NCBI GenBank assembly: GCA_017654855.1
Contig: CM030336.1
Location: forward strand, 1 to 64,000
Source: Podospora anserina
Lineage: Eukaryota
Length of the DNA stretch: 64,000 nt
Direction: 5' to 3'
Shown: piece after piece, positions 1-13,100 of the stretch
Numbering within the stretch: position 1 is the first letter of the stretch
Layout: each line of letters begins with the position of its first letter
Position numbers and translations under genes: made by a program
Notes under the pieces: model-generated
Told to the model about the DNA's origin: nothing
The model's database searches: none
Seen by the model: only the letters and a program-made list of their open reading frames with translations

Positions 1-2340
1 TTTAACATAATCATAGCGGTTAGTCTTATCATATCATTATATATATACAGCCGTTGATATGCTTTTTTCTGTCGGTACTTTTTTTAATATATTTATAGCG
101 GTTAGTTTTAATATATTATTATATATATATAGCGGTTAGTATACTTTTTTCTGTCGGTACTTTTTTTAATATATTTATAGCGGTTAGTCTTAATATATTA
201 TTATATATATATAGCGGTTGGTATGCTTTTTTCTGTCGGTACTTTTTTTAATATATTTATAGCGGTTAGTTTTAACATAATATTATATATATATAGCGTT
301 TAGTATGCTTTTTGCTGTTAGCACTTTTTTTAATATATTTATAGCGCTTAGTCTTAATATATTATTATATATATATAGCAGTTATTATGCTTTTTATTAT
401 TAATAGTTCTTTTAATATATTTATAGCGGTTAGTCTTAATATATTATCATATATATATAGCGGTTAGCATGCTTTTTACTATAAATATAGCGTTTAGTAT
501 TTCTTATACTATATATCTAGCGCTTAGTTTTTATTTATTATATATATATATATTGCATTTAATATTTTTTTTCTTTATATATAGCGGTAAGTATTTCTTT
601 ATATATATATATATCGGTTAATATATCTTTAGATATATATATAGCAGTTGATTTTTATATACTTTTATATATATATATATATAGCGGTTTAATACTTTTT
701 TTACTATATAGATAGCGCTTAGTTTTAACGTATCTTTATATATATTTTTAGCGGTTAGCAATTTTTTCTATATATATATAGCGGTCAGCACTTCTTTCTA
801 TATATATATAGCGGTTAGTACTTCTTTCCATATATTTATAGCGGTTAATCTTAACGGATCTTTCTATATATTTATAATAATTAAAATTTCTTTTTATATA
901 TTTATAGCCGTTAGCATTTTCTTTATATATATATATAAGTTAATATTCCTTTCTATATTTATATAGCGGTTAACACTTTTTCCTTTTTATATATACGGAT
1001 TACTATTCCTTTCTATATTTCTATAGCGGTTAGTTTAACCTACCCTTATATATATATATCGCGGTTAACACTTTTTCTATATATATATACGGGTTACTAT
1101 TCCTTTCTATATTTCTATAGCGGTTAGTTTTAACCTACCCTTATATATATATCGCGGTTAATACTTTTTCTATATATATATACGGGTTACTATCCCTTTT
1201 ATATTTCTATAGCGGTTAGTTTTAACGTATCCTTATATATATATAGCGGTTGGCCCCTTTTTCCATATATATATACTAGTTTATATTCCTTTCTATATTT
1301 ATATAGCGGTTAATTTTAATTAATATATATATATATATATTTTTTACCCTTAATAGTCTTTTTATTTATATATAACAATTAATACTTTTTTTATTTATAT
1401 ATATACCGGTTAATATTCCTTACTATATATAAAGCGGTAAATCTTTATATATATTTATAGCGGTTAATACTATTTACTATATTTATATAGCGGTTAGTAT
1501 TTCTTTCTATATATTTATAGTAATAAGTTTTAATAGATCTTTATATATATATATAGCGGTTAGCGCTTCTTTCCACATATATATACGGGTTACTATTCCT
1601 TTTTATATTTATATAGCGGTTAGTTTTAACGTATTTTTATATATATATATAGCGGTTAGCACTTCTTTTCACATATATATACGGATTACTCTTCCTTTCT
1701 ATATTTTTATAGCGGTTAGTTTTAACGTATCTTTATCTATATATATCGCGGTTAATACTTTTTTCCATATATATATACGGGTTACTATTCCTTTTTATAT
1801 TTCTATAGCGGTTAGTTTTAACGTATCCTTATATATATATAGCGGTTAGTATTTCTTTCTATATATATATACGGGTTATTATTCCTTTCTATATTTATAT
1901 AGCGGTTAGCACTTCTTTCTATATATAAATACGGGTTACTATTCCCTTTTATATCTATATAGCGGTTAGTTTTAACGTATTTTTTTATATATATATATCG
2001 GTTAATACTTCTTTCCATATATATATACGGGTTACTATTCCTTCTTATATTTATATTACAATTAGTTTTAACGTATTCTTATATATATATAGCGGTTAAT
2101 ACTTTTTTTTATATATATATAGCGGTTAGTACTTTTATTACTATATATATAGCGGTTAATACTTTTCCTTACGTATATATAACGTTTAATACTTTTTTCT
2201 ATATATATATACCGGTTAATATTCCTTTCTATATTTATATAGCGGTTAGCACCTTATTTACTATATATATAGCGGTTAATACTTTTTTTTTACGTATATA
2301 TAGCGGGTTTAATACATTTATATTTATATATAGTTATTAG
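1..2340. repeat. RIP-degraded minisatellite built on a TATAGCGGTTAG core, with unit about 82 bp near the start and about 95 bp later
   Basis: GTCGGTACTT recurs at 71, 153 and 235 (82-bp step). ACGG(G/A)TTACT recurs at 1585, 1681 and 1777 (96-bp step). AGCGGTTA recurs every 30-40 bp. Extreme TpA enrichment. Confidence 0.8.
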
Positions 2341-3229
2341 CTTTTATATAGTTTTATATATACGTATAGTAATTCGTGTTCCCTCTTACTAATATATAGT
2401 AGTTAGTCTTTATATATCTTTATATATATATATAGCGGTTCGGGTATTTTCCTATTTATATATAATAATTATATATTCTTTAAATTTTTATATTATAATA
2501 TATAATTTTTTTTCGTTTATATATATTAAATATTAATATTTATATATATATATATATATCAATCTAACTTTATTTATTTAATTTACAAAGAATAATAAAT
2601 TTTATATTTTAAATTTATTTAATTAATAATTTTTTTTTACTATATATTATACCCTTATTTAATTACTTCTTTCTTTCTTTCTTTATTAATTATTTAATTT
2701 CTTTATACTATTTAAAAATATTAATAAAAAATCTTTTTATATTTATTAATTTCTTTTTAATTATAAAATATTATTATTTTTTTCGTAAAATAATATATTT
2801 AAAGTTTTATAAATATATTTATATAAAGTTCGGCTATATTTTTAAAAATATAAATAATAATATAAACTTTTTAAAGAATTCAGGGGTTTATAGGTTATAT
2901 ATATAAATAGTTTATTTTTAATATTTTATTTTAAATACAATATCGACTTTTCTTTTTTTATATTTTATATATTATACGTATATAGGCTATTCTAGCCCTC
3001 TAATCAGGCCGTTCCGGTACTTATTATATAACTTACGAGCCTATAATATCTTTTTTTTTTCCTACGTATAATATAACTTACTAGTAAACTCTTATTATAT
3101 ATATATCTTTATAATATTATAATTAATTTTATATATTCTTTTACTATCATAATATAATATTTTTCTTTATTTTTACTTTTATTTATAAAATATATATATA
3201 TATATATTTTTTTAAAAAAAAAAACCATA

Positions 3230-6200
3230 ATATTACTCTATTAACTTTAGATATCTCGTACGAATTTCTTCCCACACTTTAACCCAAACTAATACTATTA
3301 CAAAACACTTAATATCCAATACTTTTACCCGTACGAGTAACCGACGTATTACCCCTATCTTATTATTTAATATAACTCCGTATTTCTAATAAAGTACCTT
3401 AATATCCTTTTTAAACTAACCTAAACCCCTTTTTTTAGTTATAACTAACTTTATTATTAATTTTATCCCGTATAAATAATCCTTCCTAAATTTATAAAAT
3501 AAATCCTCGTTTTCCTTTAACGGTTCCTACTACCTATAAAACCTTTTTAAAACCCTATACTTATTATACCCCTAGAAACTTCCGTTTAGCTTTCGTACGG
3601 TACTTAAATTTAAACCTTTAACCCTTAAAAGCTAATCGCCTAACTCCACGCTTTTTTTTTAAACCCGTTTATCTTTAAATAAACCCTTTAATATATATAG
3701 CTTTTCTAATTTATTAAGAAGTTTAGTTAATTATAGAGTATTTCGTACGATACCGTAAAATCCGTAGGCCGTTAATTACTGAAATTCGTACCGTACGTAT
3801 TCCTCCCTAGATTCGGTATACTTTAAAAAGTAAATTATATAATTTACTTATAACTATAAAAATACTTTAATTATAACTTTTATATTTTATATAATATTTT
3901 TTTTCTTTTCCCGCTCTTTTATAATAACTTAATATTATTTTTCTTTATTAATAATTATATTAAAAACCTATTTATCTATACCCTCCGGGATTACTATATA
4001 ATAAGACCTATAAACCTCCTCTTCTATTCGGAATAACTCTATACGAACTATATTAGAAAACCGCTTTTTATATAACCTATATAACTCCTCGCCCTCTTTA
4101 TACCCAGCCTTATTTATCCGCCCGTCTATTACTTAGAAAAGAATAATCCTATAATATAAATTACTATCCCGTATAAAATACTTTATTTTTAATAACGCTA
4201 AATCTATAACTCCGGTAATTAATTTTCCGGCTATACGATTTTTTATAAAAAAAATTACCGATTCGGCCTTTACTTTATTTTTCCCGGCTCGTCCGCTTTC
4301 CTAAATAAAGTCCCTTAATATCCTTAGAAGCTCGGTATAAAAAATATATTATATATTTAAAATATCGATACTAGTATTTAAAGTAAACGTTACTATAATA
4401 GTATTACCGCTTTTAATTTACTTTCGTACGATTTTATTCTTTTAAATACTCTTTTCTATATTACTATAGTATACCGGACACTTAAGTAAATATAAAATAA
4501 TTTTAATAAAATCGATTAAAAAGGAATAAATAATAACCTTTATACGAGGATTACGGTTACTAATAAAATTAATTTATTAATAAAGGGCTTAAAAGACGGT
4601 TTTTTAATCCCTATATTTAATTATAGAGTATTTAATATTCGACCGGGATATAATAAACCGTACGATAACTACCTTTTACGAATTAAAATATAAACTTTTA
4701 TAAAACCCTAGTAAATTCCGAAGTAAGAGGGTAGTTATTAGGAAGAGTAATTATATTTCGATTAAAGCTATATATTAGTCGATTTATTAAAAGAGTAATC
4801 GAAATTTATATAACGAATCTAAAATAATATAATATTCGTTAAAAATAATCCGGTTAAATTATTATTATACGTTAAACTTATTAACGAAGGTTTTAAATAT
4901 TTTAGTATTAAAGGCCTCTAGGGTTATAAAAATAATTTAATTAATCGAAACCTCTTTAAAGCTTTAAATCGTATAACTAATCCCTAATTCTTTATAACGC
5001 CGGGCTATATCCTTTTATAATACTATAAAAAGAAAAATAATAATAATAACCCCGTCCTTTATATAATAAGTTAGGAGTAGGAAAATAATATTCTTTTTAC
5101 TATTTATCCCGGTAATATAAAGGATTAGGCTAAACCCTTATACGATAGAAATTAATATCTCGCGTTAATTACTTTTAAAATTAGTATTAAGGTTATTAAA
5201 TATTTAACGGAAATAGCCTTTAATATTAAGGTTAATTAAATACCGGAATCGTTCCTACCGTACGGTATAATATTAATTTTAAAAGAGGTTAGTTTTAATT
5301 TATTAGAAAATTAAAATATCGTCCGAGCCGAAAGTAAATAGTTAATACTATAATTAATTAAGCTTTATAAACTATTATTATCGTACGGTATACCTTAACC
5401 TTCCTTAATTAATATATTTAATATATACTATTTTAATAATCTTTTTTAAGTAACCGGTTTAGGCCGTAATAATAAGATTAAATCCTTTATTTTCGTTATT
5501 CTTATCGCAATTAAAATTAAATCCGTTATAATTATTAAACAATAATACTATTTTATTTTCTAATAAACTTTTTAAAATAAAATAAATAAAAAATTAGCGG
5601 GTAATACTTATAGTAATATAACGTTAAGGCCGAATATTAATTTTAGATCCGAAGTAGCGCTCTATATATAATATAAGGGCCCGGCTAACTTTATTAAACG
5701 ACTATTAATTTTCTAGATTACCGGAAAATATATTTTAACCGGTACCCCTAAACTTAATATTTTTAAATAACTATATAAATTTAAAATCTTAAAAGAATAG
5801 GGTAAGGGTAAAGACTCTATTAAATTAATATTATAAATTAAAGTAAAAGGGGTAAATAAATTAAAAATATTATATAATACTTATATTTAATTCCTTTAGG
5901 AAATAACGATAAATAACTTTTAATTATCCGGTATAGTTTAACCCTTTATTATATTATAGTACGATTACGATTATATTATATTAAATAAATATATTTTTAA
6001 GCCCTTTAACCGGTATATTATAAAACCTTATATTTAAAAGCTTTATTGTACGAAGCGGTAACCTTACTAATAAATAGATAGTAATAAAAAGGAAGGATCG
6101 GAGTTTATTTACCCGGTCTAGGTACGATTAAACTTCGGTCGTATAATAAATATAATTATCGCCCTATTCTTTTAATTAAAATTAAATAAAGGAAAGATTT

Positions 6201-8000
6201 TTGGTAATTCGTTATATAATTTAATTTTAAAACTACCGGAAATATATATTACTAAAATCGGAAAGAAAAGAATACCTAATTTTATTTTAATTTATATTAT
6301 CCTTTAAATTATTTTAAAGAATTTCCGGAATAAAAATACCCGATATTAATAAAAAAGTTAGGTCCTAAACTATATAATTAATTTTATTAATTAAAATATA
6401 TATTATTTTAGTTAGGGCGTTAATAATAATAAAAATATCCTAATATATAATAATAGTATCGTTAAACGTAAACCTATTTTCGGATATTATAAAGTTATTA
6501 ATAATTATACTATACGTACGAACCTTTAAAACTTAGTTTATTAGTATAGGGTAATTACTTTAATAAACTTTAATTATAAACTTCGAAACTTTAGAGCGAA
6601 CGATATTAAAAAAACTAAGTTTTTTACTTACTTCTTTTAGTTAAGTAAACTCGTAAAATAAATATTATATAATAAAGGCTTTACCGAGGGTAACGATAGT
6701 AAAGAAAAGTAATATAAAGTCGGACGGGGTATACTACTTTTTATTATTCTTTAGGGCTATAGTAGTTAGGGTAAAAAAGAAGGTACTTTCGTATAACGAT
6801 TATAGGAAAGAATAATTTAAAAGTTTAATAAAAAAATCGATAAATACTTAATTTAATAACTCTCCTCTAGCCTTATTATTACCGTAATAAAACTCCTATA
6901 TTACTTATATAATAATTTTTAAACTTTTTATTTAATTAGCGTTTAAATCGTACGGTAACCGATTTTATTAATCCTAACTTTATATATAGTAAATATATTT
7001 AAAAATCCTTTTTTAAATAAAAAAATATTTCTATATTATACGAAGGACTAAGTTATTATTATTAAAAGGCTTAAAGGGTTTTTAATTAATTATTTTTTTA
7101 TTAACTTTAAATAAAATTAGGTAACCGATTTTATCGGACGACGACCTTACTATTATATTGGTAGTAATTTAATTAATTTTTTTTTAAATTTTATAGAGAA
7201 CTATAAAGGTAATTAGATTTTTACCGTCTAACTATCCCTCGTTTAAGTTAAAAAAGATTAAACGATATACGGTTTACCGGTCTAAAAACCTAAAGTAATA
7301 TATTTAATTTATCTTATTTAATTAAAGATTTAAAATTAATTATTTTTTATTTACTATAATAATTATTAATATTTATTAAAAGGTTAAATTAATTATATAA
7401 TAAAATACTATAAACTATTTTTTTTATTTTTAAGTTTATTATACGAGGTTAAGATTTTTAATTACTAACTCTGTTAATCGTACTTTAAAATATTTAATAA
7501 TTAACCGGCTTTTAAAAAACCGTTAGTAATATATCCTAATTATTTAAAGTCCCTAATATTATTAGGCTACTTTAATATTTTCCCTTTTTATATTAAAATT
7601 AATTTAATCGTGCCTCGTACAATAGTATTCCTATATCGCTCTCTTAGTCCGTACGATATAAGTATAAGTATTATACTTTAATTTATTAAAAAAAGGTTTC
7701 CCTAGTTCTGGAATTAAGTTAATTATTATAAAAAGAAATATAAAGTTTATTAAATTTTATTATTTTCGAAAGACCGTTAATAAATTATTATACTTTTATA
7801 CGATATTTAGTTTATTTATAGCTATAATATTTTTATAGGACGTACGAAGATAGGTAAGTATTTTATTTATAAAAATAGTTACTTTATATTTCCTATAAAT
7901 AAAAATTTAAAAGCAGGAGATATAAATAAAAAGGTTTATTTTAGTATAGTATTAATAATAATATAATAGTTATATATAATACGAGATATTATTAAATTAA
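3230..8000 (-). pseudogene. RIP-inactivated RecQ-family (telomere-linked-helicase-like) gene with long N-terminal extension, copy A
   Basis: Minus-strand reading with C>T/G>A reverted gives: motif I (ITGINSKKNIIFLLL, ~5090-5120, from GTGSGKS); motif II (LNRIIFNEYY, ~4830-4858, from LDRIVFDECH); motif VI (*ESGRAGKNK, ~4280-4310, from QESGRAGRDG); and a Zn-domain relic near 4070-4160. The 5' boundary is approximate. Confidence 0.8.
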
Positions 8001-8069
8001 AGTTTATTAATAAGTTTTTTTAGAAAAAAATACTTTATTAAAGGTAGAGTGGGTTATATATAAATGGAT

Positions 8070-9240
8070 AAGGGTAGTGGCGTACGGTTACCGGGATCTG
8101 GGTCCCGTACGATAATCAGGGCGTGCCTAGGCAGGAAGGCAGTAAGGTGTAATTACTAGTCTTATACGATAGTCAGGGCGTGCCTGGGCAGGAAGGTAGT
8201 GGCGTGCGGTTGCCGGGGTCTAGGTCTGCAAAAGCAGATCTTTTCCTCCAAAGCAGGCCTTTTCTTTTAAATCCCTCGACAGGCCAGCTATGCAATAGAG
8301 CCTTATTATTCCGATCTAGGCGTCTGGGTCCCGTACGGTAGGTAAGGCTCGCCTGGGCACGAAGACAGTGGCGTACGGCTGCGAGGATCTAGGACCATTT
8401 CTTTTAACTACCTCGACTACCCAGCTGTGTAACAGAGCCTTGTTATTCCGATCCAGGCGTCTGGGTCCCGTACGGTAGGCAAGGCTCGCCTGGGCGCGAA
8501 GGCAGTGGCGTGCGGCTGCGAGGATCTGCGTCCCGTACGGTAGTTAGGGCTCGCCTGGGCACGAAGGCAGTGGCGTGCGGCTGCGAGGATCTGGGACCAT
8601 TTCTTCCAACTACCTCGATTGCCTAGCTGTGTAACAGAGCCTTGTTATTCCGATCCAGGCGTCTGGGTCCCGTACGGTAGGCAAGGCTCGCCTGGGCGCG
8701 AAGGCAGTGGCGTGCGGCTGCGAGGATCTGCGTCCCGTACGGTAGGTAAGGCTCGCCTGGGCGCGAAGGCAGTGGCGTGCGGCTGCGAGGATCTAGGACT
8801 ATTTTTTCTAACTACCTCGACTGCCTAGCTATATAATAAAGCTTTGTTATTCCGATTAAGGCGTCTGGGTGCCGTACGATGGTTAGGGTATGCCTGGGCA
8901 GGAAGGTAGTGGGGTGCGGTTACCGGATCTAGGTCTTTAAAAGCGGACCTTTTCTTTTAAATCCCTCGACAGGCTAGCTTTATAACAGAGCGTTATTATT
9001 CCGATTAAAGCGTCTAGGTGCTATACGATAGTTAAAGCATGCTTCGGCAGGAAGGTAGTAGCGTATAGTTATTAGTCCCGTACGATAGTTAGGGTATGCT
9101 TCGGTAAGAAGGTAGTGGCGTATGGTTGCCGGGGTCTAGGTCTGTAAAGTAGGCCTTTTCTTCTAAATCCCTCGATAGGCCAGCTATATAATATAGCCTT
9201 ATTATTCCGATTAAGCCGTTTAGGTGCCGTACGATAAGGT
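8070..9240. repeat. GC-rich composite tandem repeat (65-bp plus 137-bp modules, 202-bp period) inside element A
   Basis: GGAC(C/T)ATTT anchors at ~8394, 8596 and 8798. CCCGTACGGTAG and GAAGGCAGTGGCGTGCGGCTGCGAGGATCT modules repeat. Confidence 0.85.
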
Positions 9241-9379
9241 TTAATTAAAAGATATAGATATTTAGTTTCCGGACGGTTATATAGTAGGCCTATTATATAA
9301 TAAAATAATATAAATATTATATAATAAAATAATATAAATATTATATAATAGAATATTATATAATAGTAAAAAAGTATTA

Positions 9380-10100
9380 TATAATTTTTATACGGGGTTT
9401 ATAGATTTATTGTTTATTAGTATTGTCGTTTAAGAAGTAATATAAAGATTTTAAGGTATAATAATTAAGCGGTATATACGGTTTTAAAGTTTTTAAAGGT
9501 ATAGGTTTAATTCTAATTAAAGCCCTTTTTTAATAAACTTTTAATTATATAAATTAATTAACTTTTAAATAAATATTTAAAATAACTTTTATCCTTACTA
9601 CCCGTAGTTCGTATAAGATTATCGACATTAGCTAGCTTTATATTAAAAGCCTAATAAATAATTTCTATATTAATATTAATATATATTTTTCCCGTATAAT
9701 AATACTTAAACTAATAAATATATAGGAGATATAATAAGTAATTTCGGCTTTACTATCGGCCGATATCGAATACGTTCCCGGCAAAGTAAAGGGGACTAAA
9801 GTATTAACTTGTCCGAGCTACTTAAATATAGTTTTAATTTAAAACCGTAGTTTAGTAACTACCTTTCCCTATACTACTTATATTAATAAGCTTAATAGAG
9901 GGCCGTTTAAGGATTATTATACGATAAATAGGTATTAGGGTAATACTTATAGTAATTATAAGTAAAGGGATTACGGTAGTAAATATAGCTTCTATACCGC
10001 TAAATAAAGCGGTATTAAAGCCGAGGAAAAAAGCGAGGGAAATAAAGGAGCGGCGGAAAAGAGCTAGGAGCCTATAGTTATTAATAATTCCGATAATTAA
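9380..10100 (+). pseudogene. RIP-degraded second ORF of the helicase element, product unknown
   Basis: Conserved with ~32830-33536. Both copies end in EPIVINNSD(N/D)* (reverts to EPxVIDDSDD*). Start not resolved. Confidence 0.4.
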
Positions 10101-10139
10101 ATAAGTTATATAATAATAAAAATTAATTAATTTTATATT

Positions 10140-13100
10140 TTTTATTTATAATTCTATACCGCTCGTATAATAATATACTTTATATTATTTTATATAGCTC
10201 GTTTAAGCAATTCTAATAATATCTTTATTTTTTATATTAATAAAAAAAATCCTATCGGATCGTATAACTTACCTTTCTATTACCTAACCTTACTTTACTA
10301 TTTATATACATTACTAATATATTTATACCTAACTTTATATTTTTTACTTATAATTCTATACTATTCGTATAATAATATACTTTATACTATTCTATATAGC
10401 TCGTTTAGTTATTTCTAATAATATTTTTACTTTTTATTTTAATAGGAGAAATCCTATCGGATCGTATAACTTATTTTTCTATTACCTAACCTTACTTTAC
10501 TATCTATATATATTATTAATATATTTATACTTAACTTTATATTTATTATTTATAATTCTATACCGCTTATATAATAATATACCCTATACTATTCTATATA
10601 GCTCGTTTAGGTAATTCTAATAATATCTTTACTTTTTATATTAATAAGAAAAATCCTATCGGATCGTATAACTTACCCTTCTATTACCTAACTTCACTTT
10701 ACTATTTACGTATATTACTAATATACTTATACCTAACTTTATATTTTTTATTTATAATTCTATACCGCTCGTATAATAATATACTTTATACTATTCTATA
10801 TAACTCGTTTAATTATTTTTAATAGTATTTTTACTTTTTATTTTAATAAAAGAAATCCTATCGGATTATATAACTTACTTTTCTATTACTTAACCTCACT
10901 TTACTATCTACGTACATTACTAATATACTTATACCTAACTTTATATTTATTATTTATAATTCTATACCGCTCGTATAATAATATACCCTATACTATTCTA
11001 TATAGCTCGTTTAAGTAATTTTAATAGTATCTTTACTTTTTATATTAATAAGAGAAATTTTATCGGATCGTATAACTTACCTTTTTATTACCTAACCTTA
11101 CTTTACTATCTATATATATTACTAATATATTTATACCTAACTTTATATCTTTTACTTATAATTCTATATTATTCGTATAATAATATACCTTATACTATTT
11201 TATATAACTCGTTTAGTTATTTTTAATAGTATTTTTATTTTTTATTTTAATAGAAGAAATCTTATCGGATCATACAACTTACTTTTCTATTACCTAACCT
11301 CACTTTACTATTTACGTATATTACTAATATACTTATACCTAACTTTATATTTACTATTTATAATTCTATACCGCTCGTACAATAATATACCCTATACTAT
11401 TTTATATAGCTCGTTTAGGTAATTCTAATAATATCTTTACTTTTTATATTAATAAGAGAAATCCTATCGGATTATATAATTTACCTTTCTATTATCTAAC
11501 TTTACTTTACTATTTACGTACATTATTAATATATTTATACCTAACTTTATATCTTTTATTTATAATTCTATACCGCTCGTACAATAATATACCTTATACT
11601 ATTTTATATAATTCGTTTAATTATTTTTAATAATATCTTTACTTTTTATTTTAATAGGAGAAATCCTATCGGATCGTATAATTTATTTTTTTATTACCTA
11701 ACCTCACTTTACTATTTACGTACATTACTAATATATTTATACCTAACTTTATATCTATTATTTATAATTCTATACCGCTCGTATAATAATATACCCTATA
11801 CTATTCTATATAACTCATTTAGGTAATTCTAATAATATCTTTACTTTTTATATTAATAAAAAAAATCCTATCGGATCGTATAACTTATTTTTCTATTACC
11901 CAACTTTATTTTACTATTTACGTATATTACTAATATACTTATACCTAACTTTATATCTTTTACTTATAATTCTATACCGCTCGTATAATAATATACTTTA
12001 TACTATTCTATATAATTTATTTAATTATTTCTAATAATATTTTTATTTTTTATTTTAATAAAAAAAATCCTATCGGATCGTATAACTTACTTTTCTATTA
12101 CCTAACCTCACTTTACTATCTATATATATTATTAACACACTTATACCTAACTTTATATTTATTATTTATAATTCTATACCACTCGTATAATAATATACCC
12201 TATATTATTTTATACAGCTCGTTTAAGCAATTCTAATAGTATCTTTACTTTTTATATTAATGGGAGAAATCCTATTAGATTATACAATTTACCCTTCTAT
12301 TACCCAACCTTACTTTACTATCTATATATATTACTAACATACTTATACCTAACTTTATATCTTTTACTTATAATTCTATACCGCTCGTACAATAATATAC
12401 TTTATACTATTCTATATAGCTCGTTCAGTTATTTCTAATAGTATCTTTACTTTTTATTTTAATAGGAGAAATCCTATCGAATCGTATAACTTACTTTTCT
12501 ATTACCTAACCTTACTTTACTATTTACGTATATTACTAACACACTTATACCTAACTTTATATTTACTATTTATAATTCCACACCGCTCGTATAATAATAC
12601 ACCCTATACTATTCTATGCAACTCGTTTAAGCAATTCTAATAATATCTTTACTTTTTATATTAATAAGAGAAATCCTATCGGATCGTATAACTTACCCTT
12701 TTATTACCTAACCTTACTTTACTATTTACGTATATTACTAATATATTTATACCTAACTTCATATTTTTTACTTATAATTCTATACCGCTCGTATAATAAT
12801 GTACCTTATACTATTCTGTGTAGCTCGTTCAGGCAATTCTAATACTATCTTTATTTTTTATTTTAACGGGAGAAATCCTATCGGATTATATAACTTACCT
12901 TTCTATTACCTAACCTCACTTTACTATCCACGTACATTACTAATATACTTATACCCAACTTTATATCTTTTACTTACAATTCCACACCACTCGTACGATA
13001 ATACACCTTATACCATTCTATGCAGCTCGTCCAGGCGATTCTAATGCTATCTTTGCTTTTTATTTTGACGGGAGAAATCCCATCGGATCGTACAACTGAA
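10140..13100. repeat. Subterminal tandem array of about 14.5 x 202 bp with alternating A/B variants
   Basis: CCTATCGGATCGTA-type core at 10251, 10453, 10655 and onward to 12877 and 13079, in exact 202-bp steps. Confidence 0.92.

Noticed and set aside
1-2340. True telomeric tract
   Set aside because: No tandem TTAGGG/CCCTAA run, only spaced GCGGTTAG cores.
1818-13044. Short ORF-track ORFs at 1818-2018, 8619-8828 and 12799-13044
   Set aside because: Chance frames in tandem repeats. The 202-bp units break the frame.
10140-13100. Regularly spaced repeats resembling a CRISPR array
   Set aside because: The whole 202-bp unit repeats and there are no unique spacers. The context is eukaryotic with no cas genes.
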